From: a virus
Taxonomy: Duplodnaviria > Caudoviricetes
Strand: one strand, 5' to 3'
Length of the DNA stretch: 33,707 bases
IMG/VR virus record: IMGVR_UViG_3300048886_000287
Location: 1 to 33,707 of that record
Below are positions 1 to 8,243 of this stretch, one piece after another. Position 1 is the first letter of the stretch; each line of letters starts with the position of its first letter. A program made the translations under genes and the position numbers. A model generated the notes under the pieces. That model saw only the letters and a program-made list of their open reading frames with translations, was not told where the DNA came from and ran no database searches.

Positions 1-1
1 C

Positions 2-493
2 GCGGTGCAAAAATGCGAAATTGACCACCGCGCAATAATGACATTGAGTTATGCTATGACAAAAAATGGCGTAATGATTTGCGGCCTTTTATGGCCTCAA
101 CCACACAACGATAAATACACAATGACAAATCTTGTTGGAGTTGAAGACCCAAACAAACGAACATTAACTGATTTAGATTTGTCTTGGGCATCTCCGATAA
201 TGGAAAAGAAGTTCTACTCACACACTTTTGAACTCGCAAATATTGTTGATTATGAATCACCTTTAATGAAAAAGCATCACGCGAAAATTATTAAGCCGCA
301 AACCGCCGCGCGCAAAAAAGAATACAGCACGATATATGATATTGTGCCGGAAGGTAAAACTGGTGATCTGCATCAATGCCACGAATCAGATGATTGCGAT
401 TATTGTGAGGATGATTCCCCAGCCCCAAAATCTGGCAAAGTGGTTCAGATTAGGGATGATGCAACAGGCCAGATTTTTGATGTAGAAAATTAA
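2..493 (+). CDS. C-terminal part of a probable CI-like phage repressor (5' truncated by window edge)
   Basis: Frame is open from the window start. 'LTDLDLSWASPI' resembles the end of S24-type domains of alphaproteobacterial phage repressors. It lies just upstream of the recombination operon. The HTH is not visible. Confidence 0.45.
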   Translation, partial: AVQKCEIDHRAIMTLSYAMTKNGVMICGLLWPQPHNDKYTMTNLVGVEDPNKRTLTDLDLSWASPIMEKKFYSHTFELANIVDYESPLMKKHHAKIIKPQTAARKKEYSTIYDIVPEGKTGDLHQCHESDDCDYCEDDSPAPKSGKVVQIRDDATGQIFDVEN

Positions 494-517
494 ATATATC
501 GCCCTACATGCATGTGG

Positions 518-547
518 CTTGACATAGCAAGTCAAGACCTATAGAAC
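518..547 (+). promoter_or_regulatory. Sigma70-like early promoter overlapped by palindromic operator CTTGAC-N7-GTCAAG
   Basis: TTGACA at 519-524, 17 bp spacer, TAGAAC at 542-547; inverted repeat at 518-536. Confidence 0.6.
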
Positions 548-575
548 CGTTCCACACTTTGGGAGCGGTTCTTTG
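543..575 (+). terminator. Hairpin that could terminate the upstream gene and occlude the RBS of the exonuclease gene
   Basis: AGAACCGTTCC (543-553) pairs with GGAGCGGTTCT (562-572) with one G-U, followed by the TTG start. Confidence 0.5.
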
Positions 576-1580
576 TCATTTAAAAACTTTTCTAAACCAA
601 AAAAACAAGACTTTGTCAGGCAGTCAGCCCGGCACTCCTACTATCACCATTCAAGCCCTAGCAAGCCTGACGGTTTCACGTTTTTTGAGAAAGCTGTTGT
701 CAGACCAGAGCTGGAAAATGCCAAGGCAGTCATAGCTGGCGAGGCAAAAGGCGATAAGGCTGAAGCTCAACGCATCTTAAATTTGCACGGCGTATACATT
801 GACAGCCGGGGCAAACCACAAAACGGCGATAAGCCGCCATTGATCAGTGGCCGGGCTGTTGAGAACTATTGCACTGATGTGGTTGTAAGTGATGTAAGCC
901 CGGCTGATGCGTTTAAGAACGCCATCAATGAGCTGCATTGTTTTCATGGCGCTGAATGGCGTGACGCTGACAAAGACAAGCGCGAGTTAGAACACAAAAC
1001 CACAGTGCGGTATGGCGCTGATGGTTCTATTCCTAAAAAAGATATTATCCCAACACACACAGAATTTGAGCTGGTGTGCAGCAATGCATTAGACGGCTTG
1101 CGCGAGGCGTTTGCCGGTGCCAACCGCATCACCGGGCAAAAGAAAATTAAAGGCAATATTGATGATGTGCAGCTCCCCTATTTGGGTTATGCCGATTACC
1201 AAGAGGGCGGCGTTGAGCTAAAGACCAAGTGGGATACCAAAGCCCACACTGACAAGCCCAGCGCTGGCAGTTTGCCCAAAGAAATAACTTTTCCCCACCT
1301 CATGCAGATCGCTGGCTACTGGCACATCACGGGCATCTGGCCGACAATCGTCTACGCCAACAGACTTGGCTATCGCGTGTTTAAGCCAGAGCTGGATCAG
1401 CTTCATGCCGGGGTTGCCGCCATCAGGGAAGCTTGCATGCGGCGTGAACGCCTACTTGCCACCGCCAACACCACTGAAGAGCTGTTGAAGCTTTGTGACC
1501 CCCAGTGGGATCACATGTTTGTGTGGCGTGATCTGCCCCCGGAAATCATAGACCGCGCTCAAAAGATTTGGAGAACCTGA
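573..1580 (+). CDS. PD-(D/E)XK-family exonuclease (phage recombination)
   Basis: 'LGYADY...VELKT...HLMQIAGY' PD-(D/E)XK motifs; GGGAG RBS; lies upstream of the ERF gene. Confidence 0.8.
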   Translation: MSFKNFSKPKKQDFVRQSARHSYYHHSSPSKPDGFTFFEKAVVRPELENAKAVIAGEAKGDKAEAQRILNLHGVYIDSRGKPQNGDKPPLISGRAVENYCTDVVVSDVSPADAFKNAINELHCFHGAEWRDADKDKRELEHKTTVRYGADGSIPKKDIIPTHTEFELVCSNALDGLREAFAGANRITGQKKIKGNIDDVQLPYLGYADYQEGGVELKTKWDTKAHTDKPSAGSLPKEITFPHLMQIAGYWHITGIWPTIVYANRLGYRVFKPELDQLHAGVAAIREACMRRERLLATANTTEELLKLCDPQWDHMFVWRDLPPEIIDRAQKIWRT

Positions 1581-1753
1581 TGTTTGAAATTTTCACACGC
1601 AAAAGACTAACCGAATCAGAAATCGAACTACGCCGGATCCGGCACATTCTTGAGCAAATGCAGAACGATGCTATCGCGCGTGGCGTGTTGCTCAACGCAA
1701 TCAACTCAACCCTAAAAGAAAGTGACAACGATGATGATACAAGATCTGTTTGA
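1580..1753 (+). CDS. Small hypothetical protein (57 aa)
   Basis: TGATG coupling to the exonuclease stop; GGAG RBS. Confidence 0.65.
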   Translation: MFEIFTRKRLTESEIELRRIRHILEQMQNDAIARGVLLNAINSTLKESDNDDDTRSV

Positions 1754-2060
1754 CATTGAGCCGCCGCATCAGGCGCATAGCCCCACAAGCAGCGCGTCAG
1801 CCGCCAAGATCAAGCCTAAGTTCGGCAAGAATATGGTGAAGGTTCTTGAGGCGCTGCAAGCCCATGACAAGCGCGGCCTGACTGATGAAGAGGGCTGCGC
1901 TGCCACCGGCATGACCGGCAACAGCTATCGCCCGGCGCGCGTGAAGTTGGAACAGCTCAATCTGATCTTTAAGACTGAGGCCACGCGCAAAACAATAGCT
2001 GGCAGACCGGCTGCAATTTATTTGCTGACAATGCTTGGCATGATGGAGATGAGCCGATGA
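1731..2060 (+). CDS. Winged-helix DNA-binding protein
   Basis: 'GLTDEE...SYRPARVKLEQLNLI...RKTIAGRPAAIY' is a typical phage wHTH pattern. Confidence 0.7.
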   Translation: MMIQDLFDIEPPHQAHSPTSSASAAKIKPKFGKNMVKVLEALQAHDKRGLTDEEGCAATGMTGNSYRPARVKLEQLNLIFKTEATRKTIAGRPAAIYLLTMLGMMEMSR

Positions 2061-2644
2061 CTGCAATGCCAGAGGCCATAGCAACGGCACTGGTTGCATT
2101 CCAAGCAAACAACAGCGCAATGACGCTGGACAAAACTGGCAATAGATCACAGTACGCATCAATCGGCTCGATGATGACGCTTGTTAAAAAAGCAGCGGTT
2201 GAGTACGGCATTGGCATTACATTCCCGGTACGCCGCACAGAAAACAATGAGTATTTCATATCCCCGGTCATTGTTCATACCAGTGGCGTGAGCTGGTCAT
2301 CACCTGATTTGGCTTGGCCACTCATTGTCGATGACATGACACATTGCCAGAAGCTTGGCTCTGCAATGTCATATGGGCGGCGATATCTCTTGCAAGGCAT
2401 CCTTGGGCTTGCTGCCGGGATCGCTGAGCTAGAAGAAGATGATGATGACGATGGTGAGGCAAATTTTGATTGGAAAGGCTGGGCTGATGCAGCGCTTGCC
2501 ACAATCAAAACATGCAACAGAGCGCAGCTTCATCAGTGGGATAAAGAGAACACTGAAATAATTAAACAGGCTGAAACCGCAGCGCCTGAGATCTACAACA
2601 CTGTGGGCATTGAATACCATAAAAAATTGGAGAGCTTCAAATGA
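2057..2644 (+). CDS. erf: ERF-family single-strand annealing protein
   Basis: 'N..QYAS', 'QKLGSAMSYGRRYLLQGILGLA' and acidic 'EDDDDDG' are ERF signatures; ATGA overlap with upstream gene. Confidence 0.85.
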   Translation: MTAMPEAIATALVAFQANNSAMTLDKTGNRSQYASIGSMMTLVKKAAVEYGIGITFPVRRTENNEYFISPVIVHTSGVSWSSPDLAWPLIVDDMTHCQKLGSAMSYGRRYLLQGILGLAAGIAELEEDDDDDGEANFDWKGWADAALATIKTCNRAQLHQWDKENTEIIKQAETAAPEIYNTVGIEYHKKLESFK

Positions 2645-2994
2645 GTAACAAACCAACCTTCACAAACAATAACACTCAGTTGGAGTGTATCCGGGGTCAG
2701 GCCGGGGAACCCGCAAAGCTCAAGCTGGCTTGCTGGGTCAACCCGAAAAAAGCAGACAAGTTCGATGAACAAAAAATTGCTGCTTGTGACACGATCCGCG
2801 ATCTTGTGATCAAACATGATCTGCAATTCAATGTAAAATTTACCCAGCGCGTTGATGATGATTACAACAACGACAAGCTTCTAGGGTCTGTCAATATTTT
2901 TGCCAACAAGCCTTACGAGGAGCGGCAAGACAATAATGATGTGCCGTTTGAACCATCAGGTGGTGGCTTTGGTGGGGGTTTTAGCAATGCATAG
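2641..2994 (+). CDS. Probable single-stranded DNA-binding protein
   Basis: Follows erf; beta-rich body with acidic/Gly tail 'DNNDVPF'. Confidence 0.5.
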   Translation: MSNKPTFTNNNTQLECIRGQAGEPAKLKLACWVNPKKADKFDEQKIAACDTIRDLVIKHDLQFNVKFTQRVDDDYNNDKLLGSVNIFANKPYEERQDNNDVPFEPSGGGFGGGFSNA

Positions 2995-3217
2995 AAACCC
3001 CGGCCCAGCCCTGCTTGCTGTGCGCGAGGTAGCGACAGCGCTGTTCGGGCGCTACACAACAGGCACAAGGGATGCAACCTATCGCTTGTTGCAGAACGGC
3101 ACACTCGCATCAATAAGGGATGGCCGCAAATGGTGGATCCCGGCTGAAGAAATTGATCGCATTCGTAAAATGAAAGGGGCCGACGATGGGCAGAAAATGG
3201 ACAAAGAAACAGCGTGA
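2987..3217 (+). CDS. xis: Excisionase-like (Xis/MerR-type HTH) protein
   Basis: 'LLAVREVA...TYRLLQNGTLASIRDGRKWWIPAEEI' Xis-like wHTH, convergent on the integrase; ATG at 2987 preferred over the ORF-track start. Confidence 0.75.
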   Translation: MHRNPGPALLAVREVATALFGRYTTGTRDATYRLLQNGTLASIRDGRKWWIPAEEIDRIRKMKGADDGQKMDKETA

Positions 3218-3302
3218 GATTCAAAGCAAGCGGGTCAAAGCTTATTGGGCCGCAAAGAAAAAAGCAGCAAAGCCGTGGTGGCGTAGGCTGCTTGGATTAT
3301 AA
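3186..3302 (+). CDS. 38-aa basic peptide MGRKWTKKQREIQSKRVKAYWAAKKKAAKPWWRRLLGL
   Basis: Read by hand; AAGGGG upstream; fills the gap up to the terminator. Confidence 0.55.
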   Translation: MGRKWTKKQREIQSKRVKAYWAAKKKAAKPWWRRLLGL

Positions 3303-3328
3303 AACTGGGGGCAAGCGCCCCCTTTTTT
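3301..3328 (+). terminator. Intrinsic terminator between convergent xis and int transcripts (possibly bidirectional)
   Basis: GGGGGC-AAGC-GCCCCC followed by TTTTTT, with AAAA on the other side. Confidence 0.8.
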
Positions 3329-4496
3329 ATATGCCCATTGCGGCGGCTGTCGCGCTGGTCACTTGCTTTTGCTTCTCAGCGTTCTTCACATAGTGACCGT
3401 ATTGGCGATAGGTAAACGCGCTGTTAGCATGCCCCATCAATGCAGCTACCTCTGCAAAATCCTCACCCAATGAGCTGATTTGGACGCTGGCAAAGAAATG
3501 TCGAAAGTCACCCCAAAGCATCAGCGGCACCCCGGCACGATCACAGATACGATCCATAATTTTAGGAAAAGTTTTTTTGGTCTGGAAACCACCAGCATTG
3601 TTTGCAAAAACAAAATCGTCAGCGGCTGAATATTTGGATGACACTTTAAGCTGACGCAGAACAGCTATGACCTCTGCTGGGATTGGCACAGTACGATTGC
3701 CGCGCTTGGTTTTTGTTTTGCCCACACCTTTGCATTGATGCTTGATGGCACGATCAATTTTGATTGTGCATTCATCAAAGTTAACATTGCACCAAGGCAG
3801 TGCGCGCAGCTCACCTTGTCGGATGCCAGACGCTATGGCAGTAAGCACCATCGCCTTGACCAACAAGCTCTCACCACTGTTGTGGCCAAAACCAAATTTG
3901 ATTAAATCTTGAATGATCTCTGGCTGGATGCGTGGAGCGCGATCATCAGTCAAATCATCTTCTACAATCAGCGACATTTTGTCTAACGGATTGACCTGAC
4001 CCCAACCTTGCGTCACAGCATAATTAAACAGCATCTTAATCGCTTTAACGCGCTTCTCAGCAGTCGCTTTAGATTTTTGCTCAGCTTCTATGCCTGAGAT
4101 AATAGCGCGCCCTATAGCGCCCCTATTCTTTACTTGCATAAGGTCACATATGTTTTGCTTTGCCAATGCGAACCCATCAATGCGGATGCTTAAACAGAAC
4201 TTTACACCTCGCACAATCTCATCCTTGTGAGCTTTACTTATTTCCCTTGAATCAGATCTGCCTTTTTGCTCAGCAAAGAATTTGTCAGCGGCTGACTGCA
4301 CACTGGTTGGCTTTACCGGGGCAACGATTATGCCGTTATTAAAATTATTGACGGCCTCAACCATTGCGATGGTGGCCTCATCTTCAGATTTATAAGATGG
4401 TTTCTTGCCACCAATTGGCACAGCGTTAAATGTCCATGTGCCGGGTCTGTCGGTGCGCTCGTAAACTAGCAGACTTTTAACTACTTTTTTAGGCAT
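3327..4496 (-). CDS. int: Tyrosine recombinase / phage integrase (389 aa)
   Basis: GIRQGE (R), KTKTK (K), WGDFRH (R), MGH...YGH (H, Y); AAGGAGG RBS supports the start at 4496; adjacent to attP. Confidence 0.93.
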   Translation of the reverse strand: MPKKVVKSLLVYERTDRPGTWTFNAVPIGGKKPSYKSEDEATIAMVEAVNNFNNGIIVAPVKPTSVQSAADKFFAEQKGRSDSREISKAHKDEIVRGVKFCLSIRIDGFALAKQNICDLMQVKNRGAIGRAIISGIEAEQKSKATAEKRVKAIKMLFNYAVTQGWGQVNPLDKMSLIVEDDLTDDRAPRIQPEIIQDLIKFGFGHNSGESLLVKAMVLTAIASGIRQGELRALPWCNVNFDECTIKIDRAIKHQCKGVGKTKTKRGNRTVPIPAEVIAVLRQLKVSSKYSAADDFVFANNAGGFQTKKTFPKIMDRICDRAGVPLMLWGDFRHFFASVQISSLGEDFAEVAALMGHANSAFTYRQYGHYVKNAEKQKQVTSATAAAMGI

Positions 4497-4716
4497 TTGA
4501 TGCCTCCTTAATGACAGCTTTAACAGCATCAATGCCAGCTTTCCAGTTAAAGCCACGACCACCCATTGGCACTAAGCCAAGATCGCGACCATCATCAGTC
4601 GTAACACTGTAAAAATATTGCAAAACGCCAGCATTGATCGTGAACTTAACGCCCCCATGATCAACGACAGTGCCGCTAGCTATAATAGGCGTGTTTGGAT
4701 TTTTAAAATTAAACAT
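4489..4716 (-). CDS. Small hypothetical protein co-transcribed with int
   Basis: AAGGGAG RBS; overlaps the int start by 8 bp. Confidence 0.7.
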   Translation of the reverse strand: MFNFKNPNTPIIASGTVVDHGGVKFTINAGVLQYFYSVTTDDGRDLGLVPMGGRGFNWKAGIDAVKAVIKEASNA

Positions 4717-4751
4717 TTTATGCTCCCTTGTTTGATACTTTACGAATCAGT

Positions 4752-4780
4752 TATGACATATTGTGTCAAACAGCGCAACA
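4752..4780 (-). promoter_or_regulatory. Operator TATGAC-N7-GTCAAA in the probable promoter of the int operon
   Basis: Inverted repeat 4752-4770 nearly identical to 31652-31670; contains TTGACA on the minus strand. Confidence 0.6.
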
Positions 4781-4782
4781 AA

Positions 4783-4804
4783 ATCTTCCCCATAATCTTC
4801 CCCA
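4783..4804. repeat. Integrase arm-type sites, left pair (ATCTTCCCCA x2)
   Basis: Exact 10-mers at 4783-4792 and 4795-4804, about 70 bp from the att core. Confidence 0.75.
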
Positions 4805-4809
4805 AACGC

Positions 4810-4843
4810 AAAAAAAGCCCCCGGCCAGTTAAGGCCGAGGGCT
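4810..4843 (-). terminator. Intrinsic terminator downstream of the tRNA fragment
   Basis: Minus strand GCCCTCGGCC-TTAACT-GGCCGGGGGC-TTTTTTT. Confidence 0.8.
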
Positions 4844-4873
4844 GATAAGATACTGATGTTATTGAAAAATTAG

Positions 4874-4919
<46 letters not shown>

Positions 4920-5002
4920 GCGATATTTAGGGGTGTTTGGGTAGCTTTTCTACGGTTTTTAGGCAGTTATTACTTGCCCAATACGCTGCTATCCGCTGTA
5001 AA

Positions 5003-5023
5003 ATCTTCCCCAAATCTTCCCCA
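5003..5023. repeat. Integrase arm-type sites, right pair (ATCTTCCCCA x2)
   Basis: Exact 10-mers at 5003-5012 and 5014-5023, same orientation as the left pair. Confidence 0.75.
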
Positions 5024-5024
5024 A

Positions 5025-5174
5025 TTATCCGTATGATTTTTTCTTTTTCTTTTCTGCAAAGCCACCAACCTTGCGGCTCATTTTGCTATAGGTCTTTGGA
5101 TCGACTGTGCTGTCTTTTTTTGATCGGCTGGTTCCAGCTTTTTTACGCTTGTTCATGTTGTCATAAAGGCTCAT
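5025..5174 (-). CDS. 49-aa highly basic protein MSLYDNMNKRKKAGTSRSKK...
   Basis: Read by hand; AAAGGA RBS; last gene of the late operon. Confidence 0.7.
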   Translation of the reverse strand: MSLYDNMNKRKKAGTSRSKKDSTVDPKTYSKMSRKVGGFAEKKKKKSYG

Positions 5175-5186
5175 AGCTAATCCTTT

Positions 5187-5456
5187 CTAGCAATCCCATT
5201 TCCGCAATGCTTTGTTAATACGACTGTTTGGATCTCGCGCCGTCTTGGCGCTCGTGAGTTTCTTTTTCATGCCGCCCATTCTGCTGCAAAAACTATCCCG
5301 GCGTTTCTTCGCTTTGTCAGACTTTGCTGCCATCTTGCTGCTTACTGGTGGCTTTAGGTTATGCCCTTGCGCTTGCGCTGATTTGCGGCCCTTCTCGTTA
5401 AGCCCACCAGATTCGGACTTACCTTCTTTTCTTTGCCATGCGGGTGTCTTGCTCAA
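5187..5456 (-). CDS. Basic conserved phage protein (DUF6321-like)
   Basis: 'GGLNEKGRKS...RRDSFCSRM...DPNSRINKALRKWDC' pattern, recalled from marine phages. Confidence 0.7.
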   Translation of the reverse strand: MSKTPAWQRKEGKSESGGLNEKGRKSAQAQGHNLKPPVSSKMAAKSDKAKKRRDSFCSRMGGMKKKLTSAKTARDPNSRINKALRKWDC

Positions 5457-5902
5457 GCGATCAACCCTTTGCGGTAGCCATTCGTTCTGTCGTAGGTAAG
5501 TACATCAGCCCGGTTGTCTGTTGCTGCATAAGAGCAATGCACCCAGCCGCTGTTCGCCTCGCCGTTGTAGCATTCCAATATAAGCTGATCGAATACTAGA
5601 TTGTCTTGGATCCAGACACAAAGGTCATGGTTGTCATACCCGGCCACCTCAAAGTCTGCCGCCTCACCTCGCGCATGCTGGCTGGTAACTTTTGATCCAA
5701 TCGACAAACACAGTTCCGGGGATCTAAACCCTGATGAAACAATGAACGATCCAAACTCATCGCGAACTGGCTGCAATATGTTCTCACAAAGCATAACCAT
5801 TGATTCAATCTGTTCATCATTGGGCTGGTTTGGAATGCCTTTGCGCTCAGCGGTTTGTGACTTGCACATTTCAGCAAGTGTAAAGTTTCTAGAAAGCTGC
5901 AT
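5453..5902 (-). CDS. Endolysin, peptidase M15 family
   Basis: 'SSGFRS', 'SQHARGEAAD' (SxHxxGxAxD) and 'WVHCS' zinc-binding motifs. Confidence 0.9.
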   Translation of the reverse strand: MQLSRNFTLAEMCKSQTAERKGIPNQPNDEQIESMVMLCENILQPVRDEFGSFIVSSGFRSPELCLSIGSKVTSQHARGEAADFEVAGYDNHDLCVWIQDNLVFDQLILECYNGEANSGWVHCSYAATDNRADVLTYDRTNGYRKGLIA

Positions 5903-6291
5903 TATTTTTTCCCGAAAAATTTAGTGGCTGACCTTACGGCAAAGGTGCTTGAAACAATTACACCAAGCGTGTAGCTGTACCAGTCAGGCATAGTGGACAA
6001 AGCAGCAAAACCATCCTCAACAATTTTTCTGCCACCCTCACCGCAAAACGACAAAATCAATGGAATTGAGAAAAGTAAACAGAGCCACTCATCTTTGAGT
6101 GATTGCTGCGACCCTTTCGCCATCAGCTTTTCCCAATCGGCTGTCGATGTAGCGGCTGACACCATAACTTTTGCTTCAGCTTCAGCTTTCGCTTTTGCAA
6201 CGGCAGACTTGCCAGCTTGCTCCGCTGTTTTCTTTTCCATCCACGAACCGACTAGGCCACTGACAGGCCCGATCAAAGCTTGCAACATCAT
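5902..6291 (-). CDS. Holin-like membrane protein
   Basis: 'KDEWLCLLFSIPLIL...PDWYSYTLGVIVSSTFAVR' with 2 TM segments and a basic tail; directly upstream of the endolysin. Confidence 0.7.
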   Translation of the reverse strand: MMLQALIGPVSGLVGSWMEKKTAEQAGKSAVAKAKAEAEAKVMVSAATSTADWEKLMAKGSQQSLKDEWLCLLFSIPLILSFCGEGGRKIVEDGFAALSTMPDWYSYTLGVIVSSTFAVRSATKFFGKK

Positions 6292-6500
6292 TCCACTCCC
6301 AGAACTTTTGACAGGCCAAAAACCTCAAGCATGATAAAGGTAAAGAACAGCAACAAGATCGATCCAGCTATCAGCTTGCCGCTAAAGTTTGTTGAGCCAA
6401 TCTTGATGGCAACGAACTCATTGCCTAAAATTCTAAGCACAAGTTCAAAGCTGTTCTGCCCAACATTAACCTCAACCGGCTTTTTCTTTTCTTCAGTCAT
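6288..6500 (-). CDS. Small membrane protein (70 aa, C-terminal TM)
   Basis: Start MTEEKKK at 6500 is coupled (TGATG) to the upstream stop. Confidence 0.65.
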   Translation of the reverse strand: MTEEKKKPVEVNVGQNSFELVLRILGNEFVAIKIGSTNFSGKLIAGSILLLFFTFIMLEVFGLSKVLGVE

Positions 6501-6721
6501 CAGCAGCTTTCTTTGCCAGCACAATTTGACGGGAAGCAGTGCGCTCGTAGTTGATACCACTCGTTTTCGTAGGTGGTTTGCCACATCGCATCGTCAAGTA
6601 AATAAACGCACTGATCCTCTGTGAGTTCTTGCTGGAGCGCGATCTGGTTTCCTATATATTCCCACTCAGAACCCGTGTTGCCCCACATGCTTATGACCAA
6701 GATGAAAAAAGTTTCTTTCAT
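6500..6721 (-). CDS. Small Cys-containing protein with hydrophobic N-terminus
   Basis: ORF overlaps both neighbours; signal-like N-terminus. Confidence 0.65.
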   Translation of the reverse strand: MKETFFILVISMWGNTGSEWEYIGNQIALQQELTEDQCVYLLDDAMWQTTYENEWYQLRAHCFPSNCAGKESC

Positions 6722-6936
6722 TCCACAATTTTCACAATGTAGGTTGAGCCGTCATCGTTTTTCTCAATGACGACCGTCTTATTCTCACAGGCGTAGCGAA
6801 CTGCCGTTGATTTCTTGTAAAGGTTGCGCTCAATTTTGCGCTTGGTCTTGAGGCATTTGCTGATCTGCGGAAACGCAGTGTGTTCAGTAACCGCGCCCGA
6901 CATATACAAGATCAATGTGATTGTCTCAGTCACCAT
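6718..6936 (-). CDS. Small hypothetical protein with a Cys pair
   Basis: Tightly packed ORF in the late operon. Confidence 0.65.
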   Translation of the reverse strand: MVTETITLILYMSGAVTEHTAFPQISKCLKTKRKIERNLYKKSTAVRYACENKTVVIEKNDDGSTYIVKIVE

Positions 6937-7330
6937 CGCGTCCGTTCCTTAGTTTCTCTATCTGTTCCTCAATGTTGCTGATCCTCTTAGAAAGAAACGA
7001 TAGTGTCAGTGCTTGCTGTTGATCGTGCGGCAGCTTGCCTTGGTCTGCTTGGTCTTGCAGCTTTGCGAGTTGATCGCTCAAATGTTCAATCAGCATGAAC
7101 TGTTCATTATCGGCTGGTAGACTGCCCATCTCGCCGCGAGGCCACTTAATTCTGAACTCTGTGTTCTGCCCAAGATCGGCTTCCATCAAAATGATTTTGT
7201 TGTCGATGCTATTAAGGCGCTCAACCAATGAAAAATAAGCCCAAGTTCCTAGCGTCGCGGCAGTCACTAGCCCGATCAAATTTCTGATCGGCATTGCCAG
7301 TTCAGTGTTTTCACTAAGCTTGGTTGCCAT
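6926..7330 (-). CDS. N-terminally anchored coiled-coil membrane protein (possible spanin-like lysis accessory)
   Basis: TM segment 'LIGLVTAATLGTWAYFSLV' followed by heptad-rich helices. Confidence 0.6.
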   Translation of the reverse strand: MATKLSENTELAMPIRNLIGLVTAATLGTWAYFSLVERLNSIDNKIILMEADLGQNTEFRIKWPRGEMGSLPADNEQFMLIEHLSDQLAKLQDQADQGKLPHDQQQALTLSFLSKRISNIEEQIEKLRNGRDGD

Positions 7331-7333
7331 AAT

Positions 7334-7402
7334 TTAACCGAAATAAAAGCCGCCCAAAAATGCAAGGCACCACACAAGCGTTAAAACATTGAACATGATC
7401 AT
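7334..7402 (-). CDS. 22-aa single-TM micropeptide MIMFNVLTLVWCLAFLGGFYFG
   Basis: ATGA coupling with the upstream stop; ends 4 bp before the next start. Confidence 0.45.
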   Translation of the reverse strand: MIMFNVLTLVWCLAFLGGFYFG

Positions 7403-7731
7403 CGTGGCCGCTGTGCCTCTTTGGCCCGGCTGAATGCTGTAGCGCCCATGAACGCCGCTACAATGCCCATGTTCGCAACAACGTAGGTTGATAGCAATGA
7501 GGTGACTAGAGGCACCCTGTCGGCGCTTATAAAGGGAAACACGACTAATAGAATGCTGATTGCACTTGCACCGACACTCACCCAGCAAATGAGGCGCTGT
7601 TGATCTTGAAGTTTGTCGTTGTTCTCAATTTGTATTTGGCGTTCATGTCGATCCAGCTCATCATTAGTAATCTCGCCATCGTTGTCTAGATCAGCCGGGT
7701 TGAGCTTGCTGTCAGCGCTAAGTTTTTTCAT
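7399..7731 (-). CDS. Two-TM membrane protein with an N-terminal EF-hand loop (holin-like)
   Basis: DLDNDGEITNDE canonical EF loop; two hydrophobic segments. Confidence 0.7.
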   Translation of the reverse strand: MKKLSADSKLNPADLDNDGEITNDELDRHERQIQIENNDKLQDQQRLICWVSVGASAISILLVVFPFISADRVPLVTSLLSTYVVANMGIVAAFMGATAFSRAKEAQRPR

Positions 7732-8228
7732 AGGACTATTTCCTCTATCGCAGAGCGCGCTATGACGGCGAACATGAAAACAAAAAGGGCCACCACTACC
7801 ATGACCATAAAAGTGGCGACGAGTGCTGTCTTAACCGCTTCTTCAGTTTCTTGAGCCTTACGCAAAATCTCTTTGCGCGCTTGGGCCTCTTTCTCTTTAG
7901 CTTCGCGGATTGCTTTCGCGTGATCGTCAATGAAGCTTTGATATGTACCGGGGCCGAATCTAAGGTCAATTGCAAGTTTTGCGTCTGCAAGGCTTTCCCG
8001 AATTAGTCGTTTCTGAATACCGTGATCAATACTGCTTTTGAGGCTCAGCTCACCAACATTGCTGAATTTTGCTTGATCTGCATTGATTGCCTTTTCACAA
8101 TCCATTAGCCGGGACACATGGCCAAAAATCTCTTTTGCGTCTTGTGCATCAGAGATGCGTTCTTTCAAGAACTTTATGCTTGCAGACGCAATTGACACGG
8201 CTGCTAAAGCGCTGCTGATAGGCTCCAT
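7728..8228 (-). CDS. Hypothetical coiled-coil protein with a C-terminal TM anchor
   Basis: 166-aa ORF; 'MEPIS.AL' start; hydrophobic C-terminus. Confidence 0.75.
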   Translation of the reverse strand: MEPISSALAAVSIASASIKFLKERISDAQDAKEIFGHVSRLMDCEKAINADQAKFSNVGELSLKSSIDHGIQKRLIRESLADAKLAIDLRFGPGTYQSFIDDHAKAIREAKEKEAQARKEILRKAQETEEAVKTALVATFMVMVVVALFVFMFAVIARSAIEEIVL

Positions 8229-8243
8229 GATATGTCTCGATTT

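Noticed and set aside
573-590. Shared N-terminus MSFKNF between the exonuclease and the 33022-33471 protein
   Set aside because: Only six residues with different codons; no supporting evidence for function.
4937-5176. Plus-strand 79-aa ORF across the attP arm
   Set aside because: It overlaps arm sites and the better-supported minus-strand 49-aa gene; TTG start.
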